A DNA stretch of 58,514 bases from a bacterium (lineage in GTDB: Bacteria > Patescibacteriota > Minisyncoccia > Phycocordibacterales > UBA5272). The stretch spans positions 1 through 58,514 of the forward strand of contig JAYSVC010000011.1 of the NCBI GenBank assembly GCA_043718735.1, in the 5' to 3' direction. The position numbers and the translations under genes are program-made. The notes beneath the pieces are model-generated. The model was given only the letters and a program-made list of their open reading frames with translations. It did no database searches and was not told the DNA's origin. Within the stretch, counting starts at the first letter, position 1. Each line of letters opens with the position of its first letter. Below, in pieces: positions 45,951 through 54,228 of the stretch.

Positions 45951-46919
45951 ATGATTAATAAGCAAGATAAATACAAAGCAATATGGATGTCGCACAGTAG
46001 TATGGGTGACTGGGAAAAGTGTCACAGATTATATTATCTTCATAATATATATAAAAATAAAGACAATAAAAAGATAAATATAACGAGTCCCTACATGTCG
46101 CTCGGTATCGCCGTGCATAATGTTGTAGAAGCGCTGAAGACTTTGAAATCAGAAGATAGAAAAAAAATCTTAGAAGATAAAAATGAATTTACAGGTGAGG
46201 AGAAGTTAATAGAAAACTTTAATATAGAGTGGGAAAAGTATGTAGGGAAAGTGGGAGGATTTAAAAGTGAAGAAGAGAGGAATGAATTCAAAAGTAGAGG
46301 AGTGGCAATGCTTGAGAATGTAATCAGAGATCCGAAAATGCTTTTGAATAAGACAATCTCAACTAGAAGTTATTATGATGGTGATATGTTGCCTAATTAT
46401 TATATCAGTGAAGCTGAGAATATTATACTTTGTGGTAATGTTGACTGGATAGAATACATGGACCCAGATGAAGTTAATAAAAATGGATCATTAAAAGTAA
46501 TAGATTTTAAAACAGGGAAGAATGAAGAAAAAGAGAATAGCCCTCAACTTTTTGTATATAAATTTTTAATAGAAAAGCTAGGATGTAAATGGCCGGTTAC
46601 AGCAGGCGCTTATTGGTATTTTGAAAATGGGTCTGTAATAGAAAAAAATATTTTAGACAATGAGTTTATAAAAAACTTAGAAGAGAAAATAATAAAGACC
46701 GGAGTAGAGATTAGGGATATGAGGTATGAGTGGAGTAGTAATGCAAGATTTGGTAGAGCAGGTTGGTTAGAGAAAAAAGACTTTGCAAATAATTTTTTAT
46801 GCACCTCAACTTCTCAATTTTGCGATTGTAAAAAGTATGAATTAATAATTAATAATGACCCAAGCGTAGAATATGTTGGAGTTGATATGTATGGTAAGGA
46901 CTCGTATTTTATAAATTAA
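45951..46919 (+). CDS. Cas4/AddB-like PD-(D/E)XK nuclease
   Basis: GNVDWIEY...LKVIDFKTGK...QLFVYKFL nuclease motifs. One N-terminal Cys (WEKCHRLYY) plus a C-terminal CTSTSQFCDC cluster suggest an Fe-S site. Confidence 0.7.
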   Translation: MINKQDKYKAIWMSHSSMGDWEKCHRLYYLHNIYKNKDNKKINITSPYMSLGIAVHNVVEALKTLKSEDRKKILEDKNEFTGEEKLIENFNIEWEKYVGKVGGFKSEEERNEFKSRGVAMLENVIRDPKMLLNKTISTRSYYDGDMLPNYYISEAENIILCGNVDWIEYMDPDEVNKNGSLKVIDFKTGKNEEKENSPQLFVYKFLIEKLGCKWPVTAGAYWYFENGSVIEKNILDNEFIKNLEEKIIKTGVEIRDMRYEWSSNARFGRAGWLEKKDFANNFLCTSTSQFCDCKKYELIINNDPSVEYVGVDMYGKDSYFIN

Positions 46920-47000
46920 AAAAATATAATAATCTAAAATAAACAAAATAAAAAGCGTCATTAATTAAAAATTAACAACGCTTGTTTTGGTTTTTTGTAC

Positions 47001-47534
47001 TTAATTTAATGCCATAGGTTTTAAAATCTCTAGAGTATTCTCTTCTTTCTTTTCATATTTTTTCCTCTTCGGAGGTTCTTCATTTAAAGCTAACCATATA
47101 AAACCAGTAGCAGCTGATAAAAAAAGACTTGAAACAAATAATATATGAAAGCTAGCATTTGAATCATTTGATATCAATAAAGTTAAGACAATCAGAGATT
47201 CAAGTATTCTGCACCAGCCATTTATTTTCATTAAATATTTTAAGGGTTCTGATTTTAAACCCCTTAACCTTAAAAATACATATCTGAATATAAGTAAAAA
47301 AAGAAATATACCAATTGCTTGATAGTTTTTTCCCTGCAAAAGAAGGATGTAACTACCGTAAAGAAATAATGGTGACATTGCAATTAGAAATAAGTCAGTC
47401 TGCTTCCATCCCTTCTTATCACGAAGATAATAACCCAGATCTTCTATTTTTTCATAAATGAAATTAACTGGGAAAAATACAAAGTCAAAAATCATTTTTA
47501 ACTTTAAATACAATGAGCGAAAATTTTCAAACAT
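47001..47534 (-). CDS. Multi-pass membrane protein
   Basis: Trimmed to the Met preceded by AAGGAG. It has 4-5 hydrophobic helices. Confidence 0.5.
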   Translation of the reverse strand: MFENFRSLYLKLKMIFDFVFFPVNFIYEKIEDLGYYLRDKKGWKQTDLFLIAMSPLFLYGSYILLLQGKNYQAIGIFLFLLIFRYVFLRLRGLKSEPLKYLMKINGWCRILESLIVLTLLISNDSNASFHILFVSSLFLSAATGFIWLALNEEPPKRKKYEKKEENTLEILKPMALN

Positions 47535-47608
47535 CTTGAACTCCTTAGTTGTATGTTTACTTGGTAAGAATAACACATATATTACATATGTGCAAGTGTA
47601 ATTAAAAA

Positions 47609-47878
47609 TTACCTCTCCCTCATTTCTCTTGGATTCGCTACGGAAATGTATAGATCTTCTACTTGTTTTCTGGCCCAGTCTGTTTTACGTAAAAATGTAA
47701 GTGAGGATTTTAGACTTGGGTTTTCATTAAAGCATTTGATTTTAATTATTTGCCCCAATCTTTCCCACCCATATTTTGCAAATAAAAACTCCACTACAAA
47801 TTTTAATGTCTTCCCATGTAATGGGTCATTCGGATGACTCTTCGCTAATTCTGTTTTTGTTTCTTCGGTGTTTTTCAT
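47609..47878 (-). CDS. VF530/DUF2132-family small protein
   Basis: DPLHGKTLKFVVEFLFAKYGWERLGQIIKIKCF.NPSLKSSLTFLRKTDWARKQVEDLY matches my recollection of the DUF2132 pattern. Confidence 0.6.
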   Translation of the reverse strand: MKNTEETKTELAKSHPNDPLHGKTLKFVVEFLFAKYGWERLGQIIKIKCFNENPSLKSSLTFLRKTDWARKQVEDLYISVANPREMRER

Positions 47879-47895
47879 ATTTTTATAATAACAAA

Positions 47896-49710
47896 TTACA
47901 ACACCTTAATCAACTTCAAAATATCATAAGTCACATCTTTATAATCCTCTTTCCATTTTTCATGTACAGGTTTTAATTTATCAGCTCCCTTCATATCCTT
48001 TTTGATCTCATCGATTATTTTCTTAGTGATTTTATTTTTCTTTATAAATGTATCTATGTATTCACCAGCAACTTCTAAGACTTTCTCTTTTTCTTCTGAT
48101 TTTAAGTTCTTATCTTCTACTAGGTCACACAGGTGAGTGATTATGGTCTGCATGGTTAATTCCCTCTCTGTAGCTATTTGTTTTAATTCTTTATCTTCTA
48201 ATATCAACTTTAAGGTGATGTGACTGGTTGGAACTTTTGCTTCCAGATTTTTTATGCTAGCTTCTTTTATCTTTAATTCATCGTCTGTCATTGATTTTTC
48301 AAGTCCCCCCATTTTAACCCTTACTAATTTTTGCTTCTCTTCTAAGTCAGCTTTGCTATATTTATGTAGCGCATCCACTGCATTGCTGGACTTTTGTATT
48401 AATCTTTTATTTTCTTCTACTACAAATGGGGCGACCATCAGTGCCTGATTATTGAGTCCAATAACTTTGAGTCCTGACAATGAGCGCACACGTGACAGGG
48501 CAACGTAACCCATACCAAATCCAAATCCTTTACTCAGGTCCACCTCAGCAGCGTCGAGGGTCATGCCTTGAGACTTATGTATTGTTATCGCCCAGGCGAG
48601 ACGTAGTGGGATTTGAGTCACTTCAGCGAGTATTTTATCATCGTCACTTTTTATCTGCCACACATCGGGAACTACATTTATTTTCTCTTTATCTTTTGCA
48701 TCATTACCAAGTGTCTCGACTATTGGCATGTTATCCTTGTCAAAACCAATCACAACACCTAGCGTTCCATTTTGGTATTTGCCACTTTTGTCATTCTTGA
48801 TAAACATTACTTTTGTATCTGTTTTTAATTTTAATACTTCACTAGTTAATATATTAGCTTTTAGATTATCTACGAGTTGCTTTTTTCCGACACTGGTCAT
48901 GATGTATTCGCACTCTTCAACTTTACTTTTATGCCTTTCTTCTAGGTTGTCATGTAATGTCTTGTATTTCTCTAGATTTATGATATCTACATTTTCATTA
49001 TGGGTAAAAAGTTTTATAGCGTCATCTAAAACATTTTCTGTAGTGTTCTGCAATGCTTCTAATGAGTCATATATATCCTCATCAGCATTACGGATGGCAT
49101 TTAGGATACTGGTTAGGGTATTATCTTCTTGTCTGTAATTCTGAGTTAGATAACATATTACTGGTTTTGCATTTAGCCAGGCTGGACTGTTGAATGCGTA
49201 TTCATTTATAATGTTGACTGACCTATCACGCACTACTGGTGGTAATTGGAAAAAGTCACCACAGAAAATAACTTGTAATCCTCCAAAAGGTTTATTTGCA
49301 TTCTTATTATCTTGTAGAGCTCTCATGTGTTTTGATATTCTATCTAACATGTCTAACTTGCTGGCGTGCAACATTGAGACTTCGTCTATTATGAGGACTT
49401 GAGTATTTAGGTATCTCTTCACCAGCTTCTCATTATCGCTCATATTATCCAGATCCCAGTCGCCTATTCTATCTTTTACTCCGATACCAGACCAAGCGTG
49501 CAGGGTGGTGCCTCCTATGTGCGTAGCTGCGATACCAGTGCTGGCTGTCACTGCATGAGGTATGTTGTGATGTTTTAGATAATCTATGAACATATTCAAA
49601 ACATATGTCTTTCCAGTACCCGCTGAACCTGTCAAAAAGGTTGTATGACCTAGTTTTAAAATGTTTATCGCTTCTTCTTGAGACATGTAATTGTGTTTTT
49701 TCTTGTACAT
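47896..49710 (-). CDS. PIF1/RecD-family (SF1B) helicase with a C-terminal HTH domain
   Basis: Walker A GSAGTGKT, Walker B VLIIDEVSML, the late motif TIHKSQGMT, and a C-terminal helical repeat with QIATERELTMQTIITHL. The promoter position makes the second Met (49686) the likelier start. Confidence 0.85.
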   Translation of the reverse strand: MYKKKHNYMSQEEAINILKLGHTTFLTGSAGTGKTYVLNMFIDYLKHHNIPHAVTASTGIAATHIGGTTLHAWSGIGVKDRIGDWDLDNMSDNEKLVKRYLNTQVLIIDEVSMLHASKLDMLDRISKHMRALQDNKNANKPFGGLQVIFCGDFFQLPPVVRDRSVNIINEYAFNSPAWLNAKPVICYLTQNYRQEDNTLTSILNAIRNADEDIYDSLEALQNTTENVLDDAIKLFTHNENVDIINLEKYKTLHDNLEERHKSKVEECEYIMTSVGKKQLVDNLKANILTSEVLKLKTDTKVMFIKNDKSGKYQNGTLGVVIGFDKDNMPIVETLGNDAKDKEKINVVPDVWQIKSDDDKILAEVTQIPLRLAWAITIHKSQGMTLDAAEVDLSKGFGFGMGYVALSRVRSLSGLKVIGLNNQALMVAPFVVEENKRLIQKSSNAVDALHKYSKADLEEKQKLVRVKMGGLEKSMTDDELKIKEASIKNLEAKVPTSHITLKLILEDKELKQIATERELTMQTIITHLCDLVEDKNLKSEEKEKVLEVAGEYIDTFIKKNKITKKIIDEIKKDMKGADKLKPVHEKWKEDYKDVTYDILKLIKVL

Positions 49711-49735
49711 ATTATAACATGTTTTATGTTATAAT
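49711..49735. promoter_or_regulatory. Back-to-back divergent extended -10 boxes
   Basis: ATTATAACA (minus-strand TGTTATAAT, 49711-49719) and TGTTATAAT (49727-49735) form an inverted pair 7 nt apart. Confidence 0.55.
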
Positions 49736-49742
49736 ATGTTAA

Positions 49743-50159
49743 ATGAAAAATATTATAAATAGTGCAAAATTAGAATATAAAGAAATAGATAAAGTTATCT
49801 GTCCTTATCTAGAAAAAGAAGTATGTTTTACTTCTGCTGGTTTTAAACATTTAATATGGAAATCAGAAATGGGAATGAGACCTACAAGTGAAATAAAAGA
49901 AAGATTAGAAGCTATTAAATACATTAAAATAATAATAGAAAAATCAGGAACTTTACAGGAAATAGAAAAATTAGAAGATAAAATATTTTATGCATTTATT
50001 GCTATCGTGAAAGAAAAGAAATATAAAGTAGTTGTTTCAACTACAAAAGATGGTCGCATAATTTTTAACTCCATAATACCAAAATGGATTACTGGAAAGA
50101 GGGATAAATTGAATACCAATGAAACAAAAAATCCGTCCGTGAGGACAGATATTTTGTAG
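49743..50159 (+). CDS. Hypothetical protein
   Basis: 138 aa with a leaderless-type spacing of 7 nt from the -10. FTSAGFKHLIWK is faintly reminiscent of small RelE/Barnase-like nuclease folds; not assignable. Confidence 0.45.
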   Translation: MKNIINSAKLEYKEIDKVICPYLEKEVCFTSAGFKHLIWKSEMGMRPTSEIKERLEAIKYIKIIIEKSGTLQEIEKLEDKIFYAFIAIVKEKKYKVVVSTTKDGRIIFNSIIPKWITGKRDKLNTNETKNPSVRTDIL

Positions 50160-50236
50160 TGCTTGCTTTCAGCTTGAGAGCCGACGCAGAGCAAAGCTCC
50201 ACAAGCACAAATACATTATACTTTAATCAAAAAAAT

Positions 50237-51586
50237 ATGTCAAATAAAAATAATCACTACAGTACAATAATTATAGGGGGTGGAGCGTCGGGTATTATGG
50301 CGGCTATTTGTGCTGCAGAAAGCGGTAGTAAAAAAGTATTGATTATAGAAAAAAATAATGAAATGGGTAAGAAATTAAAAATCACTGGTGGAGGTAGATG
50401 TAATATATTAAATGCAGAATATGATACAGAAAAATTACTTACTAATTATGTAGGGTCTAAAAAGTATTTACATACTCCATTTTCAAAATTTGGAGTAAAA
50501 GAAAGTGTAGAGTTTTTCAAAAATATCGGTATAGAAATAAAAATAGAAGATAGGAAGAGAGCTTTTCCGAAATCAGAAAAAGCGATAGATGTTTTTAACG
50601 CAATGTTAACAAAAATAGAAAGCTTTAAAAATGAAGATGGGAGCAAGGTAATAGAAATAAAATTAAATACAAAAATAGAAAATTTTTCTCTAGCTCAAAA
50701 CAAAGTAGAATATGTAGAAGTTATAAATAATAAAGGCGAAGCAGAAAAAATCTTTGCTGATAAATTCATAATGAGTGCAGGAGGTATGAGTCATAAAGAA
50801 ACTGGTAGCGATGGTTTTGGTTTTAAGCTTTTAGAAAAGATGGGTATAAAAATAGATGACTTTACGCCCAGTCTCGTTCCTGTTGCTGTTTCTAATAATT
50901 GGGTTAAAAAGTTGAGTGGAAAAAGTATTGAAAACATAAAGTTAACTTTTTATGTTGACGATATAAAAAAGAAAGTTTTAAAATTGAATAAATTAAAAAA
51001 TGAAATAGATACTGATTATGAAAATACTTTAAATACAAACAGGGTACTTTTTACTCATTCAGGACTATCAGGACCTACCATATTAAATAATTCAAAATAT
51101 ATTAGTGACTGGCTACATGAAGGTAAGGTAACAGTTAAAATAGACTTGTTTCCATTTCTCGATGAGAAAGGAGTTGATGATACTCTTTTAAATATTTTTA
51201 ATTATAATAAAAATAAAATGTTAAAAAATGTTTTAAATGATATTTACGTCGGGAATATCTTAGAAGAAATATTTTTAAATAAAGAAAATCCACTTTTTGA
51301 TATTGATTTAGACAAAGAGGTGCATAGTGTTACGAAAAGTGAAAGAAGAAAAATGGTTAATGTTTTTAAAAATCTAGAAATAGAAATAACCTCACTCATG
51401 AGTTATGACAAAGCCATAATCGCGGACGGTGGGGTTAATTCAGATGAAGTTAATTTTGATAATTTTTCTTTGAAAAAAGTTAAGAATCTGCATGTGACGG
51501 GTGATATGCTTAATATATCACGTCCCAGCGGCGGCTACTCACTGCAACTATGCTGGACGACAGGTTACGCCGCTGGGACTAATTAG
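50237..51586 (+). CDS. HI0933/BaiN-like NAD(P)/FAD-dependent oxidoreductase
   Basis: Dinucleotide fold IIIGGGASGIMAA and KITGGGRCN. Trimmed from 50159 because the upstream 78 nt are a GC-rich palindrome. Confidence 0.8.
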   Translation: MSNKNNHYSTIIIGGGASGIMAAICAAESGSKKVLIIEKNNEMGKKLKITGGGRCNILNAEYDTEKLLTNYVGSKKYLHTPFSKFGVKESVEFFKNIGIEIKIEDRKRAFPKSEKAIDVFNAMLTKIESFKNEDGSKVIEIKLNTKIENFSLAQNKVEYVEVINNKGEAEKIFADKFIMSAGGMSHKETGSDGFGFKLLEKMGIKIDDFTPSLVPVAVSNNWVKKLSGKSIENIKLTFYVDDIKKKVLKLNKLKNEIDTDYENTLNTNRVLFTHSGLSGPTILNNSKYISDWLHEGKVTVKIDLFPFLDEKGVDDTLLNIFNYNKNKMLKNVLNDIYVGNILEEIFLNKENPLFDIDLDKEVHSVTKSERRKMVNVFKNLEIEITSLMSYDKAIIADGGVNSDEVNFDNFSLKKVKNLHVTGDMLNISRPSGGYSLQLCWTTGYAAGTN

Positions 51587-51588
51587 TT

Positions 51589-51852
51589 TTATTTTAAATT
51601 ATTTATAATATTTAATTTCTCTTCCCTCGTTAACTTTTTTAGTTCTAATTCACGAGCGCGAGCAAGCTTTAAACTTTCTAGTTCTTCACTGTAAACTAAA
51701 ATAACTGGTCTGCGTATTTTCGTATAATGTGCCCCAGACTTTAAATTATTATGTTGATGCAGTCTCTTTTCTAAGTCATTAGTAGAACCAATGTATAATG
51801 TATCATCTTTGCATTTTAGGATATATGTGTAAGATTTATCATTTTCTTTCAT
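51589..51852 (-). CDS. GIY-YIG nuclease superfamily protein (UPF0213-like)
   Basis: YTYILKCKDDTLYIGSTNDLEKRLHQHN. The minus-strand TGTTATAAT (51867-51859) ends 6 nt from the ATG. Confidence 0.8.
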   Translation of the reverse strand: MKENDKSYTYILKCKDDTLYIGSTNDLEKRLHQHNNLKSGAHYTKIRRPVILVYSEELESLKLARARELELKKLTREEKLNIINNLK

Positions 51853-51900
51853 TTTTATATTATAACAAATTAAATTAGATTTTGGGGAGTTTTTTATTTA

Positions 51901-51909
51901 TGTTATAAT
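51901..51909 (+). promoter_or_regulatory. Extended -10 box TGTTATAAT (aspS)
   Basis: Exact TGnTATAAT. Confidence 0.5.
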
Positions 51910-51945
51910 AGTCGTAACAAATAAAACTTTTATAAATATAAAATT

Positions 51946-53343
51946 ATGAGAACATATATAAAAAATTTAAATCAAAAAGCAGGTGAGACAGTCACAATTA
52001 TGGGCTGGGTTCAGGTGCGTCGCGATCAGGGAAAGATGATATTCCTAGACCTGCGTGATGCGTCAGGTATGGTGCAGGGTGTAATACTACCAAATCACAC
52101 AGAAGCACTAATGGTTGGCAATATATTACGTACTGAGTGGTGTGTGGAGGTGGAGGGAATAGTAAATAAACGTCCAGAAAGAAATATAAAAGTAGGGGTA
52201 GTAAACGGGGATATAGAATTAGAAATTACAAGTATAAAAGTTTTAAACGAATCTGAGACTCCGTATTTTGACCTGACTACAGACGGACATGAAGTTAATG
52301 AAGAGGTTAGATTACGTTATAAATATCTGGACCAAAGAAGAGAGAGAGTGCAAAGAATATTAAAAAACAGAAGTAAAATACAACAACATATTAGAAATTA
52401 TTTTATAAGTGATGATTTTGTAGAAGTAGAGACACCGCTAATGAGCGCCCCAACTCCAGAAGGATCGAGATCATACGTTGTCCCTAGTCGTATATGGAAA
52501 GGTAATTTTTATTCATTACCACAAAGTCCTCAACAGTATAAGCAATTGTTAATGGTTGGTGGCATGGAAAGATATTTTCAATTTGCAAAATGCATGCGTG
52601 ATGAGGATACTCGTGGAGATAGACAGCCTGAGTTCACCCAGTTAGACATAGAAATGTCATTTACGACAGAAGAAGAGATAATGAATATTAATGAAAAACT
52701 TTTAATAGAGCTAGTTACAAAGTTTTACCCAGAGAAAAAAATACAAACCATCCCATTCCCAAAAATGTCTTACAAAGATGCAATGGAAAAATATGGTAAT
52801 GACAGGCCAGATATAAGAGAAGATAAGGAGGATAAAAACCTATTAGCCTTTTTGTGGGTCACAGATTTTCCTGCTTTTGAAAAAACTGGAGAAGATAATC
52901 TTGATGGTACAGGAGAATGGACTTTTACTCATAATCCATTTACTCGTGTACGTGATGAGCACATGAGTGACTACATGGACAAGAAAAATATAGGAGATTT
53001 AATATCTACCCAATATGATATCACTCTTAACGGTTATGAAATAGGCGGTGGGGGATTACGTAGCCACAAGTCTGAAATGTTAAAGAAAACTTTTGAGATA
53101 ATGGGTTACGCAGAAGAAAAGATAGAGAAAATGTTCGGCCACATGATAGAGGCTATGAAGTTCGGTGCTCCACCGCACGGTGGTATTGCTTGGGGTTTTG
53201 ACAGATTTATGATGTTAATGGAAAATGAGCCAAATATACGTGAGGTTATGGCTTTTCCAAAAACAGGAGAAGGTAAAGACCTTATGATGAATGCGCCAGG
53301 AGAGATAAGCGATAAACAAAAAAGAGAATTAGGTATAAAATAA
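51946..53343 (+). CDS. aspS: Aspartyl-tRNA synthetase, bacterial type without the GAD insertion
   Basis: OB-fold N-terminus, SPQQYKQLLM, RDEDTRGDRQPEFTQLDIEMSF and GGIAWGFDRFMML. PDIR is followed almost directly by LWVTDFPAFE. Confidence 0.9.
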   Translation: MRTYIKNLNQKAGETVTIMGWVQVRRDQGKMIFLDLRDASGMVQGVILPNHTEALMVGNILRTEWCVEVEGIVNKRPERNIKVGVVNGDIELEITSIKVLNESETPYFDLTTDGHEVNEEVRLRYKYLDQRRERVQRILKNRSKIQQHIRNYFISDDFVEVETPLMSAPTPEGSRSYVVPSRIWKGNFYSLPQSPQQYKQLLMVGGMERYFQFAKCMRDEDTRGDRQPEFTQLDIEMSFTTEEEIMNINEKLLIELVTKFYPEKKIQTIPFPKMSYKDAMEKYGNDRPDIREDKEDKNLLAFLWVTDFPAFEKTGEDNLDGTGEWTFTHNPFTRVRDEHMSDYMDKKNIGDLISTQYDITLNGYEIGGGGLRSHKSEMLKKTFEIMGYAEEKIEKMFGHMIEAMKFGAPPHGGIAWGFDRFMMLMENEPNIREVMAFPKTGEGKDLMMNAPGEISDKQKRELGIK

Positions 53344-53355
53344 AATAAAAAAAAC

Positions 53356-53724
53356 ATGATAAAAAACTTTTTAATTAACACATTAGCAATTGGGATAGTA
53401 TTTTATATACTGCCAGATACAAATATTACGCCACTTAACATTACAAATATAAATATTTTAGATACAGGCATTAGCTTGTTTATAGTATCACTAATATTAA
53501 CCGCACTTAGCTTAACTGTGAAGCCAGTATTAAAAATAATATCTTTCCCTATTAACTTAGTGACCCTTGGATTATTTTCTTTTGTTATAAATACTGTAAT
53601 TATTGTAATCTTGGATAAAATATCTTCTTCTTTTGAGATTACGGGATTTATAAATTATCTTATCTTTGCAATACTACTTTCACTCGTTGGTATGGGTCTT
53701 AGTATATTTAAAGACAATGATTAA
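53356..53724 (+). CDS. Phage_holin_4_2-family four-TM membrane protein
   Basis: VKPVLKIISFPINLVTLGLFSFVINTVII matches the ...P.l..LslP..ilTlGlf..ViNa pattern. Confidence 0.6.
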   Translation: MIKNFLINTLAIGIVFYILPDTNITPLNITNINILDTGISLFIVSLILTALSLTVKPVLKIISFPINLVTLGLFSFVINTVIIVILDKISSSFEITGFINYLIFAILLSLVGMGLSIFKDND

Positions 53725-53748
53725 AATCACATAAGAACAAAATAAAAA

Positions 53749-53778
53749 ATAGCGAATAATATTCGCTATTTGTTTTTT
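53749..53778. terminator. Bidirectional intrinsic terminator
   Basis: ATAGCGAAT-AAT-ATTCGCTAT hairpin flanked by A- and T-runs. Confidence 0.7.
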
Positions 53779-53784
53779 AAGACC

Positions 53785-54153
53785 CTACTTAGTTTTCTTT
53801 TGTACAAAGCGTTTGATTGCTTTTGCTAGTTTTTGCCTTGGGCTTTTACTTTCTTCTTCAAGTAGTTTTTCTTCGGCCAAAAAATCAGTCACCTTCTTTT
53901 TAAGTAAAGAAGTTTTTAGTATGACCGATATTTCCGCATTCTCACCCTTAAGGTTGAATTGAATATTCGAACTTTTATTTTGCGCTAAAGCCTGAAGCAT
54001 TTGCCACTTTTTCATGGAAAGAGAGTAGTCTAACGCTTTGATTTGAAAGGCCGAGCCATCAAAAGTTATCTCTACTTCACTTTTTTTAAATATACAAATT
54101 AGCGTTCCCAGTAATTTGCTTGTCTTTGTGTCAGTTTTTTTAGAAAGAGCCAT
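53785..54153 (-). CDS. Hypothetical protein
   Basis: 122-aa ORF with a basic C-terminus and no recognisable motif. Confidence 0.45.
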   Translation of the reverse strand: MALSKKTDTKTSKLLGTLICIFKKSEVEITFDGSAFQIKALDYSLSMKKWQMLQALAQNKSSNIQFNLKGENAEISVILKTSLLKKKVTDFLAEEKLLEEESKSPRQKLAKAIKRFVQKKTK

Positions 54154-54228
54154 TTTAAACTTTCGTTTTGTTTTGCCTCATTACTTAATCATTAAAGTAA
54201 CATAGGAGTTCACATAATACTACATTTT

